Origin: a virus
Lineage: Duplodnaviria; Caudoviricetes
Length of the DNA stretch: 64,000 nt
Reading direction: 5' to 3' (one strand)
Virus record (IMG/VR): IMGVR_UViG_3300021255_000109
Span: 1-64,000 of that record
The notes beneath the pieces were generated by a model that saw only the letters and a list, made by a program, of their open reading frames with translations, had not been told where the DNA came from and searched no databases. The position numbers were made by a program, and so were the translations under genes. Shown piece after piece: positions 25,878 to 35,711 of the stretch (position 1 is the stretch's first letter; each line of letters opens with the position of its first letter).

Positions 25878-27410
25878 TTAAAAAGCACTTTGCTCTTCTG
25901 TTATAATTTTTAAATCTTCAATAGATTGAATCTCATAGTCATATGATGTACAAAACATCGGTTTTATTCTACAACATCCCAAATCAGCTTTACACCATAA
26001 AATTACACCTTTCCATCTTCCTCGTCTATTCTTATAAATAGATAATTTCAAATTAGGCTTATCAAAAGTATTGTTTGATAAGATAGGCTGTAAAGCTTCG
26101 ATATCTTCAGTTTTAACTCCCAACAAAATAGAACCAAAGTCTATCTTATCCGCAATAGACTTAGCTCCTCTTAATAAATTTTGATCAGGAGTAGTAGACA
26201 TCTGATAATCACTATTCAGCTGAGTCGCAGACATAATAAAAATGCCATATTTATTACACAAATCTTTAAGACGAATAGAAAGCATAAATAAGATATTATC
26301 TTCTCTTAATTTAATGCCTCCACTTCTACGAGTAATCTCTTCCAAGATCCTCAGGCTGGTGTGAATATAATCATGAAATACATATTTTATATCATGGTCA
26401 CGAATATTTTTCTTTATCTTATCTTCAATATCTTGTAAAGAAAAATCAGGCAATTCTTCAATATATAAAGGAGCGTCAGATAAAATTTGTGCGGCTTCGC
26501 GCACTCTATCTTCTTCATCACCTTCATATTTACCATTAATAATGTGTTCCTCATTGACATTAGAAAGAAAAGCTAACATCATTGTCTGGATCTCTTCTTT
26601 CTCTTGCTCTGTTGTAATATATAATGTTGGTTCACAAGTACCATTCTTTATCCATCCAAATACTTCATCATATATCTTATTACAAGCTATATAACAAGCA
26701 TCAGCAATCATGGATCTAGATTTACCAATACCAGTGGGGGCTGAACGCAAATAAAACTTCTTTAGTCTTGCTCCTCTTGTTACAGTATTAATTAATGGAC
26801 CATATAATGGTACACCAACTTCTGGGTATGCTTTTAATCTATCAATTAAATCAAAGATGCCTTCTCCAGCTTGTGCGGCTTCGCCAAATTCATCATCAAC
26901 AAATTGCATACGAATTGTATCAATCTTTGCGTCAACTTTATTAGCTATATCTTCAAGAGATGCATTATCAAGCCATTCTTCTTGCTGTTGTTTCTTTTTA
27001 GCATCTAAGATATTATCAGGGTCATATATATCTGTAACATTTATTCCATAATTATCATACGCACGTAAAAGTGACATTTTCTTTAACCGAGCATAATAAT
27101 AGTCAAATGCCGCGGGGATAGCCGCCTCAGATACTTTTAATAACCATTCATTACCTTTATAATTTTTAAATACTGCTTCTGCTTTTGGACGCGCAGATAA
27201 AAAGTCAGCAATATTCTCTAACGTTATCTTTTGTGCGCCAAGCTCATATACTTTATATATAGCTCCAAAAGCAATACGATGAAATTCATCGGGGAAATCA
27301 TCATCTGTGATAGAATACTTATCAGTATAATCTAACAAGTGCGGCGTATTATAAATACATCCAATAACTTGCATTATACTTGTTATATCGACATATTTAC
27401 TACTTGCCAT
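25878..27410 (-). CDS. dnaB: Replicative DnaB-like helicase
   Basis: SAPTGIGKS, ITTEQ, FHDYIH, ATQLN and KNRRG motifs. Confidence 0.9.
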   Translation of the reverse strand: MASSKYVDITSIMQVIGCIYNTPHLLDYTDKYSITDDDFPDEFHRIAFGAIYKVYELGAQKITLENIADFLSARPKAEAVFKNYKGNEWLLKVSEAAIPAAFDYYYARLKKMSLLRAYDNYGINVTDIYDPDNILDAKKKQQQEEWLDNASLEDIANKVDAKIDTIRMQFVDDEFGEAAQAGEGIFDLIDRLKAYPEVGVPLYGPLINTVTRGARLKKFYLRSAPTGIGKSRSMIADACYIACNKIYDEVFGWIKNGTCEPTLYITTEQEKEEIQTMMLAFLSNVNEEHIINGKYEGDEEDRVREAAQILSDAPLYIEELPDFSLQDIEDKIKKNIRDHDIKYVFHDYIHTSLRILEEITRRSGGIKLREDNILFMLSIRLKDLCNKYGIFIMSATQLNSDYQMSTTPDQNLLRGAKSIADKIDFGSILLGVKTEDIEALQPILSNNTFDKPNLKLSIYKNRRGRWKGVILWCKADLGCCRIKPMFCTSYDYEIQSIEDLKIITEEQSAF

Positions 27411-27623
27411 TTAATCTACCTCTATATTATAATGTTTATTTATAAGATTTACTATCTCAGCATATTCTTGCGGTATTTCTGTTTTCATTTTCTTGCGTCG
27501 TTTCCAAAAAGATAATTGATATACTTTATTTGCTTCACCGCAACAGACTAAAGCAATTGATAAAGGCCAACGTCCATCCATGGCTCTATCATGACACCAA
27601 TTTACATATTCTTTATACGTCAT
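27411..27623 (-). CDS. Hypothetical protein
   Basis: ORF coupled to its neighbours. Confidence 0.65.
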   Translation of the reverse strand: MTYKEYVNWCHDRAMDGRWPLSIALVCCGEANKVYQLSFWKRRKKMKTEIPQEYAEIVNLINKHYNIEVD

Positions 27624-28140
27624 CTTCTACCTCTTCATCTAAAAATGTAAATAATTTTCTTTTCTTCATGGGATTTTTTTGCGGTGATTTAATTGTTACT
27701 GTATATTGTTGTGGAATATATTTATTAATTTCCTTATTTTTATTTACTGTAACTGCTTGTGATATACGTTTAAAATATTCACTTGCTTCTTTATAGTAAT
27801 AAGGCACAAGAGCTATTGTAGGATTAATCAAATCTGGTTTTAATGAATGTTTTATATCAAAACAATAAAATAATGTCATATGAATACCATGAAATGACAT
27901 TTGCATTTGTTCATTATATTCCTTAATTTGCATTACTACTCTTGGTGGAACAAAATCCATTTTAAATAATTGCTTAACATAATTATCTAAGAGAATTTTG
28001 TCTTTATCTTTTGTTTCAATAGTATTTAAAGTACAATTTTTATGGGCGTATCTACGAGTTCCTTCTATTTTTACACAGGGGACTATATCTCGATCAAATG
28101 TACGCCCGCAATAATAACATTTTACATTATGAGCCATCAT
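27613..28140 (-). CDS. Hypothetical Zn-finger protein upstream of the helicase (possible loader)
   Basis: CYYC...H..C; first gene after a promoter. Confidence 0.65.
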   Translation of the reverse strand: MMAHNVKCYYCGRTFDRDIVPCVKIEGTRRYAHKNCTLNTIETKDKDKILLDNYVKQLFKMDFVPPRVVMQIKEYNEQMQMSFHGIHMTLFYCFDIKHSLKPDLINPTIALVPYYYKEASEYFKRISQAVTVNKNKEINKYIPQQYTVTIKSPQKNPMKKRKLFTFLDEEVEDDV

Positions 28141-28157
28141 AATCTCCTTATATATAC

Positions 28158-28186
28158 ATTATATCATAATTTTATAAAAAAAGCAA
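28158..28186 (-). promoter_or_regulatory. sigma70-type promoter, overlapping a terminator hairpin at ~28186-28208
   Basis: TTGCTT-17-TATAAT. Confidence 0.65.
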
Positions 28187-28225
28187 CCCCAAGAACTTTT
28201 CTTGGGGCGCTTATATTTATGTTAA

Positions 28226-29218
28226 TTACAGTTGTTTCAAATCGTAAATAATTAAATCCATTTCCTCAGCCTGTTCCGGGGTGCAATCTCCAACTTTCTT
28301 GCCCTTACCGAGATGAGATTCAACTATTTTAGTAATCTTTGCTGCCATTGTCGGGCTATTTGTTTGCATTAAATTACCAACAATTTCCTGGAACTCTGTC
28401 ATCAACTTATCAAAATCATATTTTGGTGCCATAGTTTCAAGATTTACAGCTTCCTGAGTCACGAACATATTATTAGTCTCAGCCGCTTCCTTATCAATAG
28501 CCTCTTGAATAGCGTCTACAAGAGCATTATAAGTGAATGGAATTGAATCAGGAATATACTTAAAACGAGAACCAGCTACAAATCTGCTTGTCTAACGTAA
28601 GAATAAGCGAGTTTCCTTAGATCCATCTTCTTTTTCGATAGAGCGCGCATAACCAATAATGTCACAAGCTCTTTCGCATACTTTACGTCCACGAGAATCA
28701 AGAGTAGGAACGATCTAGTTAAATTCACGTCCTTGTTCATCTTTAAATGTCTTATCAATTGAATGGCTAATAATTACAAGACCATAATCAAGCTAAATGA
28801 TTGCGCGCAGACATTCATCGAATTCTTTTTCAACCAACTTATAGCCTTTTCCAAACGGAAAATCGCTAATTTCGTTATACTCTTCTTTTTCATTTGTGTG
28901 TTGCTGACAAATATACTTTTCACAAAGCGTATAAGCAATATCTGCAGTATCAATGACAATGGTTTGAAATCTTTCCTTTACAGCTTCATCTTTTAATTCT
29001 CTCAGAGTTTTTTTAAATTCAGTCCAAGTATTAATTGGCTTAGCCATAATACCGGGAATTGTACTATAACCCTTTTCAAAAGCGAGGATCAAAGAACCCG
29101 GAAATTTAGAAGCAATAGTTGTTTTGCCTGACTTTGGTTCTCCATAGAAAAATACAGAATATCCTCTTAAATCTCTACTAACTTTATGTGGCTAAATATC
29201 TAATAGTGAATTTCCCAT
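28226..29218 (-). CDS. AAA-family NTPase, Sak4-like ssDNA annealing protein, 330 aa (about 4 TAG)
   Basis: YGEPKSGKTT, IVIDTAD, ISH and AGSRFK motifs joined through TAGs; next to an SSB-like gene. Confidence 0.8.
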
Positions 29219-29260
29219 AAATTATCTCCTTCTATTGCTTTTTTTATTGAGAGGGGTGGA

Positions 29261-30193
29261 TTAAAAATCAAATCCACCGCTCTTTGCCGCTACCTTAGGA
29301 GCAGCCTGTGCTGCTTTGTAATCGTCCTGGTTCTTTTTCAAAGTTGCAAGATAAGTCTGACGCTCGGCCATCATTTCTTTCAACTCAGCCGCAGTCAATG
29401 TAGATTCATCATCCCACTCATATGGCTCAGTGCTTGCTCCTGTGATTACAAAATCTCTACGACTTGAACTAATCTCACGTACGGAAGGTTCACCAAATGC
29501 AGACTCTTCAACAATCTTACGAACAATTGTTGTAGAAATTTCTTTTCCCCATACCTTTGTAAAAATCGGATTCTTATTTGAAGCATCTAAATCCTCAAAA
29601 TATGCAATTGCCGCAGGATTTACCGCAATAAATTCAATAGGCAACATAGCTTTTCTAAAATTGAAAATACAACCTTTTACAATGGCTCTTTCAGCAAGAT
29701 TCTTTTCATCATCAGCTTCAAGATGAGTTACTCCAGTAATAACCATATCAGTTGTAAACTTATTACGAACAGTTTCATCATCATTGATAGAAGTTACGAT
29801 ATGAATAAAACCGCCTTCATTTCTCTTTGTACTAACTAGAGCCTCTTCTCCATTTCTATCACTGTAAAATTCATTCAAATCTACAGCAGAATCAACTCTA
29901 AGTAAAGCAGCCTGCTTTACATCAGTATCTGTGACTGTCTTAATCTTACCGCTGATAATATCTTTCAGAATCGGATAATTACCATTTGGCTTACCAGAAG
30001 GATACATAGGAGCAACATATGTATAATGAACTGCAATAACATTTGTCATTTCATTATCTGTTGCAATATTAATTGTTCCGCTAATGTAGGGCGTGCCAGG
30101 ATTCTTAGATGTGTCCCCTGTTACTTTCTCAGTTAAATCATGTGAATATAAACGTCCTTCAAGATGTACGGTATTAATAAAAGATTTCTTCAT
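29261..30193 (-). CDS. Putative single-stranded DNA-binding protein
   Basis: OB-like beta pattern; flexible tail ending GGFDF; position in the replication module. Confidence 0.55.
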   Translation of the reverse strand: MKKSFINTVHLEGRLYSHDLTEKVTGDTSKNPGTPYISGTINIATDNEMTNVIAVHYTYVAPMYPSGKPNGNYPILKDIISGKIKTVTDTDVKQAALLRVDSAVDLNEFYSDRNGEEALVSTKRNEGGFIHIVTSINDDETVRNKFTTDMVITGVTHLEADDEKNLAERAIVKGCIFNFRKAMLPIEFIAVNPAAIAYFEDLDASNKNPIFTKVWGKEISTTIVRKIVEESAFGEPSVREISSSRRDFVITGASTEPYEWDDESTLTAAELKEMMAERQTYLATLKKNQDDYKAAQAAPKVAAKSGGFDF

Positions 30194-30195
30194 AA

Positions 30196-30555
30196 TTATT
30201 CATTCTCCTCTTCAATTATAAAATTGTGACCTTTTTCTGTTAATGTGTAAATAACGGGGTCTTGGCTTACTTTCTCTACAAAACCATCAGTTACTAACTT
30301 CCTTAAAGCTCCTGATACCTGACGAGATGAAATACCTAATCCATCTGCAATATCCTTTGCTTTTAACATTAGCATATCCGTTTTCTTCATATAATCAAGA
30401 ATAATTTTGCCGTTATCTGTCAAAATAACCTTATTCTCAACTGTACCAGACAAGGTTTCAATATAATTCTTAATATTCTCTGTCATTTTTGCTTCAACCA
30501 CTTCCGGAGCCGCTTTCATCAATTCATGTAAAAAATCTAAAAACTCTTGTTTCAT
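30196..30555 (-). CDS. Winged-helix DNA-binding protein
   Basis: AKDIADGLGISSRQVSGALRKLVTDGFVEK...YTLT. Confidence 0.8.
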   Translation of the reverse strand: MKQEFLDFLHELMKAAPEVVEAKMTENIKNYIETLSGTVENKVILTDNGKIILDYMKKTDMLMLKAKDIADGLGISSRQVSGALRKLVTDGFVEKVSQDPVIYTLTEKGHNFIIEEENE

Positions 30556-30590
30556 TTTTTTGAAACCCTTTCTTTTATTTTCATATAAAT

Positions 30591-30619
30591 ATTATACCAA
30601 AATTTTATGTAAAAAACAA
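30591..30619 (-). promoter_or_regulatory. sigma70-type promoter
   Basis: TTGTTT-17-TATAAT. Confidence 0.65.
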
Positions 30620-30631
30620 CTCAAAGATTCT

Positions 30632-31459
30632 TTAATTGATAATAAAATCTTCTGCATAAGGTAGAGTCTTTACAAAATCACAAAATTGATGCCATTCTGT
30701 TAATTTATGGTCTTTACGCCATTTATAAATCCCTCTTAAAGTGGCATAATTAGCAGTCCATGTGCGTGTTTGTAGCCAACCCTCAGGCAACCAGCGCACT
30801 AATTCTTTCCAATACTTCTTTGCTTCTTCTGGGTTGTATACTGATAAAGTAATATATTTTTGTCTTAAATATTCCAAATATGGAATTAGACACATTTGTA
30901 CAAAATCTTCATCAATATAACTTTTAAGTTCGGGTCTTTGAGCATCTTTTGGATAACCTAAATTGATGAAATCATCTGTTTCAAAACAATCTAAAGTAAT
31001 AGGTTTAGATGTTAATTTGTGCATTGTGCTCGTACTATTAGCAACCGTAGCCACTTTGTATGTGTCCATCTCTTTCCACCAATACAGTGGAGCGGTAATA
31101 TCTACTGAAATAAAAATCTGTCTTAAAAATTTGTCATGCGGAGTACCGGCATTAACAAGCTGTTTAGCTAATGCCATATCGTTTGGTCCAATAAAAGCGA
31201 CTTCAAAAATATCTCCTTCAGAAGCCTGTCTTATTGTACCATTTTTAATTAAATAATGTAGATATGGGCTAGCTGCTGCCTCATCATCAATAGAATTCGG
31301 AGCCATCCATTTTGCAGCTACTCTATATAATTCTTTATTTATAGTATCTGTATCGCCAATTCCGAAATAACTATCTGATCTGTTCCAACTATTTTTAGGA
31401 TTTCTCATTCCTCTTAAAGCATTTTCAAAATTACTTACTGTATAATTAGTGAATTCCAT
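30632..31459 (-). CDS. ThyX-like (flavin-dependent thymidylate synthase fold) protein
   Basis: GMRNP, HDKFLRQI, APLYWWKE.DTY, STSTMH, RWLP, HKL.EW. Confidence 0.7.
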   Translation of the reverse strand: MEFTNYTVSNFENALRGMRNPKNSWNRSDSYFGIGDTDTINKELYRVAAKWMAPNSIDDEAAASPYLHYLIKNGTIRQASEGDIFEVAFIGPNDMALAKQLVNAGTPHDKFLRQIFISVDITAPLYWWKEMDTYKVATVANSTSTMHKLTSKPITLDCFETDDFINLGYPKDAQRPELKSYIDEDFVQMCLIPYLEYLRQKYITLSVYNPEEAKKYWKELVRWLPEGWLQTRTWTANYATLRGIYKWRKDHKLTEWHQFCDFVKTLPYAEDFIIN

Positions 31460-31484
31460 TATCTTTATAGCCCTTTCTAATTAT

Positions 31485-31757
31485 TTATTCGTTAATTTTA
31501 ATTGAATTGGGTGTTACTTTAATAGCATTATCAACAGTAGTATTACTTACGGTAATATTATCTGATGTAGCATTTCTTAAAGTGATTTTATCTGATGTTG
31601 TTGAACTATACCAATATGGGGAACTTGGTGTTGTATAAATATATGATGAGGTATTAGCTCTATATCCTTCCCAATAGGCTTCATCTAATAACTATTTTAA
31701 CTCATCTTTTGTAAATTCAATTTTACCATCTTTATTGGTTGTAAAAATTTTAATCAT
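31485..31757 (-). CDS. Hypothetical protein, 90 aa (1 TAG); missing from the track
   Basis: GAGG RBS; open frame apart from one TAG. Confidence 0.6.
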
Positions 31758-31769
31758 TATAGTACCTCG

Positions 31770-32741
31770 TTATCTAATGCTATATCCATACTCTTTTGCA
31801 CCAAAATAATCCTACCAATAACTTTCTCTTTCATTTAATTTATTAGGAGGACATTCTTCTATAATTTCAAATGTAAAATTTTCTACACCTATTTGCATCA
31901 TAGCTGGATATAGTTTATTATGAGTAATTGGGTCTGCGCCAACTCCTCGTTTAATATGTTGCTTCCATCTGTTGGCAAAATTTACAGCTTGACCAACATA
32001 ACACATACCGTTTTGTATATTAGTAATCTTGTAAATACCACCTTGTTTTTTACCAACAACACGACCAATTAAATCATTTACAGGGTTCTCATAATAAATC
32101 TTATATATGACTTTATTTAATGTATCTTTATCCCTTAAATAAGGTATAATTTCTTTTAATTTTGCGATTTCTTTTAAATCAGAATCTGAGATCTATATAC
32201 GATAGAAATCTATCTTATCAGCTTCTTCAGCAGCACGTTTATTGGCTTCAATTGCCGCACGTTGTTTACTTTTTAAATCATCAATAGAATCAAGTAAAGA
32301 TTGTGCGGTTGCCCCATATTTTTGGGCTTCACTAACCATATCAGCCATTACTTGCTTATAATTTTCTGCATATTCCTCTTGCGCTATGCGATATTTCTCT
32401 GCTTCTTTTTCTAAGGCAGTTTCTAATGAAGCAGTTGTCGCTGCCATTGTTTTATCAAAATAGTCTTTTGAATAAGATTCAGCATACTCTTGCATATTGC
32501 GATTATATTTTTCAAGCGCATCAGCTTCACTTTGTGCTTTTATTTTTCGATCTAGCTCAATCTGACAAGATTTTTCATATTCACTATACTATTTACGAAT
32601 TTTATTTAATTTCTATTCTTCTTCTGTAATTAGAATTTGTAATGTTTCAGATTGCGTTTTAAAACCTTTGGCTTTATAACCAAAATAAATAGCAAAACAA
32701 ATAACTATAATGATAAAAACTGTTAAAATAAACGGACTCAT
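31770..32741 (-). CDS. TM + coiled-coil + GIY-YIG nuclease protein, 323 aa (4 TAG)
   Basis: Hydrophobic N-terminus, long helical region, GIYKITNIQNGMCYVGQA..RW..H and E.YW motifs. Confidence 0.8.
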
Positions 32742-32751
32742 ATTTAAGAAT

Positions 32752-32777
32752 AGGGGTAATCATATCATGATTACCCC
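32752..32777 (-). terminator. Intrinsic terminator
   Basis: GGGGTAATCAT/ATGATTACCCC hairpin. Confidence 0.7.
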
Positions 32778-32813
32778 ATCTCCATTAGTTTTATATCAAC
32801 TTATCGGCTTTAA

Positions 32814-33083
32814 TTAAGCCTCTTCCTCAGCATCTGGGTCATAAGCCATTCCAGCTGGAGTCAGAGAAAGGAACTTAACTGCCTTATGTGTTCCATCTTC
32901 AAGCTCGATCTCTGCAGGTGTACGTACGCCAAGACTCTTGCGTTGAATAGCGGATGTAAAGATACCATCAACCTGTCTCTTCTCAAGGCCAAGTGCCTCT
33001 GCAACGTCAGCAGCAGTAACCTGCTCACCGTTAATACCCTTTAAATAATTAAGAACCTTCTTAGAATTTTCCTTCATAGCCAT
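32814..33083 (-). CDS. Small HTH DNA-binding protein
   Basis: VLNYLK...TAADVAEALGL; own promoter (33135-33163) and terminator. Confidence 0.75.
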   Translation of the reverse strand: MAMKENSKKVLNYLKGINGEQVTAADVAEALGLEKRQVDGIFTSAIQRKSLGVRTPAEIELEDGTHKAVKFLSLTPAGMAYDPDAEEEA

Positions 33084-33159
33084 AACTATAAATCTCCTTT
33101 AATAAAAATATTTTTGTTTTTCTTTTGTATAAGTATTATATCAAAATTTTTTGAAAAAA

Positions 33160-33351
33160 TCAAGAGCTTTGTAAAATTTTTTGCACCTCTTCATCTATAA
33201 ACATCATTTCATACATATTGGTGCATAGCTCGCAGAGTTCATTAATCTTACCTTGAGCTTTATATTTTTCATCTTTATCATCTGAATTTTGTAAAATCAA
33301 TTCATATTGTGCTATTTTTTTAGCAACTTTCCTACACTCTCGTTTTGTCAT
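33160..33351 (-). CDS. Hypothetical protein
   Basis: ORF after the TTGACA-17-TATAAT promoter at 33382-33410. Confidence 0.65.
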   Translation of the reverse strand: MTKRECRKVAKKIAQYELILQNSDDKDEKYKAQGKINELCELCTNMYEMMFIDEEVQKILQSS

Positions 33352-33396
33352 AAATTTTTGTTCCTTATATTTTACATATATATTATATAAAATTTT

Positions 33397-35424
33397 TTAA
33401 AGTTTGTCAACACATAGTTGCTCAAAGTCATCTTCACTGATTATCACAACACCAAGCTTTTTGGCTGACACACACTTTGAAGATGTTGAATTTGAATCAT
33501 TACAAATTAAATAATTAGTGTTCTTAGACACAGCTGATGTTACTTTACCACCTAATGATTCAATACGTGCTTGCAAAGCCGCACGATTTTTAAAATGATT
33601 AACAGTACCAGTGATTACAAAAGTTAAATTCTGTAATGGGTTTGTAGTTTCTTCTTGTGCGGTTTTCTCAATAATATGAAGGTATTTTGTAGCTAAAATG
33701 TCAGCTTCTGTATAATCAAATCTTAAAATTGCTGCTCTTTTTTCTATACCAAAATCTGGTAATTTAGAAAAATCAAATTTATTATTTACAGCATCTCTAA
33801 ACTCTTGATAAGATTTAAACTGCTTTACTAAATTTTTAGAAACTGTTTTTCCAATTAAAGGAATCCCAAGAGCGCATATAAAATTCTCTAAAGTAACATT
33901 TTTGCTTGTTTCTATTGCGCTTAGTATTTTTTCTACAGACTTATCACCAAAACCATCTTTTTTCTTCCATTCTGTAGCGAAATCTTTTAAATTATAAACA
34001 TCTTCAATATTATTTATCCAGCCCCATTCAATTAATTTTTCAAATGTGGCCTTTGAAACACCTTTAGCATTTAAGCCTTTAATCCCAAAGAAATGGTCCA
34101 ATCTATTAATAAGTTTCCCTTCACAAGCAGGATTTTCGCATATACAAATTTTAACTCCATCATTTTCTTTAATAGAAATGTCCCCACCGCACACTGGACA
34201 CCGCTCAATAACATCATTGGCAGATACTCCGCCATTAGCAATTACATATCCATAGTCGTAATGCGGTCCAGCTTCCGCAATTTGCGGAATAATTTGATTT
34301 GCTTTGTAAACTTTCAAAGGTTCTCCAACATATGCGCAATCACCTAAAAGCTCTCTCATAACACTTACATTATGTAAAGATGCTCGTTCAATTGTGGAAC
34401 CATCTACGTCTATTGGATCAAATACTGCCACAGGAGTTAAAACTCCAGTTCTTCCCATAGTCCACGTGATATATCTCAATCTCGTATCATACAGTTCATC
34501 AAAGAACTTAAATGCAATAGCATTATTAAAATGATGTGCAGTATAACCAAGAGATTCGCGCAAATCAAGATCATTAAACTTAAATACTACTCCATCTATT
34601 GGATAACCAAGTTCTTTAGAATCATTTTTTATATGCTCAATAGCATCTTCAATAGAGACAGGTGATTTGGGATAACTCCAAATCATTGCAGGAGTATTAA
34701 ATCCCCAGTCTTCTACTTTCCCCAATTGACGCATTAAAGTATGAGGATGTTCAATGAAATGCGGCAATTCAATAAATTCTATAACATCCCATGCTACAAA
34801 AGTTAAAAATCTATTGCGGCTTTCATATGAATCAAGAAGCCTAATACTACCTGCGGCAAAATTACGAGGATTTTTAAATTCATCTTTCCAATGTTCAAAC
34901 TCATCATAAGTGCAGATAATTTCTCCATCAATTACAACTCGTTTATCATAAGGAATATGATTTGGTATGGTAATATTAGCTAGTGCATTATGAAGTATAT
35001 CTTCTCCTTCTTCGCCATTACCTCTGGTTTCCGCACGAACTAACTCGCCATTTTCATAAGTAAGAGAGCAAGTTAAACCGTCCATTTTGCCCATTGCTAC
35101 CCACTCTTGATCGCCAAGAAAAGATTTAACGACTTCTATATCTTTAGTTTTATCCAAAGATAGCATAAGATGCTCATGCTTAATTTTATCAAGTTTATCT
35201 TTAACTTCAAATTGTATAGATTGAGTGGGAGAATTAGGAAGAATAGTTCCAGTTTCTCTTTCTAACTGTAAAAGTCGATAATATTTACTATCCCATTTAC
35301 GATCAGAAATTACTGGTTTACCTAAATCATACCAATAGGTAGCTTCATTTAAATAAAGAATGAGATCTTTCATTTCTTCTATTGGATCTAAATATCCTTC
35401 TTTTATAATATTATCAATGTGCAT
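33397..35424 (-). CDS. ligA: NAD-dependent DNA ligase
   Basis: MLSLDK, KMDG, TRGNG, NPRN, DGVVFK, GRTG motifs; Zn finger; BRCT domain. Confidence 0.96.
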   Translation of the reverse strand: MHIDNIIKEGYLDPIEEMKDLILYLNEATYWYDLGKPVISDRKWDSKYYRLLQLERETGTILPNSPTQSIQFEVKDKLDKIKHEHLMLSLDKTKDIEVVKSFLGDQEWVAMGKMDGLTCSLTYENGELVRAETRGNGEEGEDILHNALANITIPNHIPYDKRVVIDGEIICTYDEFEHWKDEFKNPRNFAAGSIRLLDSYESRNRFLTFVAWDVIEFIELPHFIEHPHTLMRQLGKVEDWGFNTPAMIWSYPKSPVSIEDAIEHIKNDSKELGYPIDGVVFKFNDLDLRESLGYTAHHFNNAIAFKFFDELYDTRLRYITWTMGRTGVLTPVAVFDPIDVDGSTIERASLHNVSVMRELLGDCAYVGEPLKVYKANQIIPQIAEAGPHYDYGYVIANGGVSANDVIERCPVCGGDISIKENDGVKICICENPACEGKLINRLDHFFGIKGLNAKGVSKATFEKLIEWGWINNIEDVYNLKDFATEWKKKDGFGDKSVEKILSAIETSKNVTLENFICALGIPLIGKTVSKNLVKQFKSYQEFRDAVNNKFDFSKLPDFGIEKRAAILRFDYTEADILATKYLHIIEKTAQEETTNPLQNLTFVITGTVNHFKNRAALQARIESLGGKVTSAVSKNTNYLICNDSNSTSSKCVSAKKLGVVIISEDDFEQLCVDKL

Positions 35425-35495
35425 TTTTTCACTCCTTTATCTCTTACCTATAATTATTATAACATAATTTTTATATAAAATAAAGTAAGAGAGCT

Positions 35496-35711
35496 TTAAA
35501 GCTCTCTTCCAATATTATGTAACTCAATATATTTATTTATTAACAACTATAATGTAAATCCATTATAATTCTCCGCATCTAATATCGCAGCCATACGAAC
35601 AATTTTCCATGCACTAGTTGGGTTAAAATTAGGTACATATGCATCAAGGATTTTTATAATTTCATTCAAACTATTACAATATGCAATAGGTACTGTTAAT
35701 TCTGTATTCAT
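35496..35711 (-). CDS. Hypothetical protein, 71 aa (1 TAG)
   Basis: ATG overlaps the gyrA stop; ends in the terminator hairpin at 35487-35508. Confidence 0.55.
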
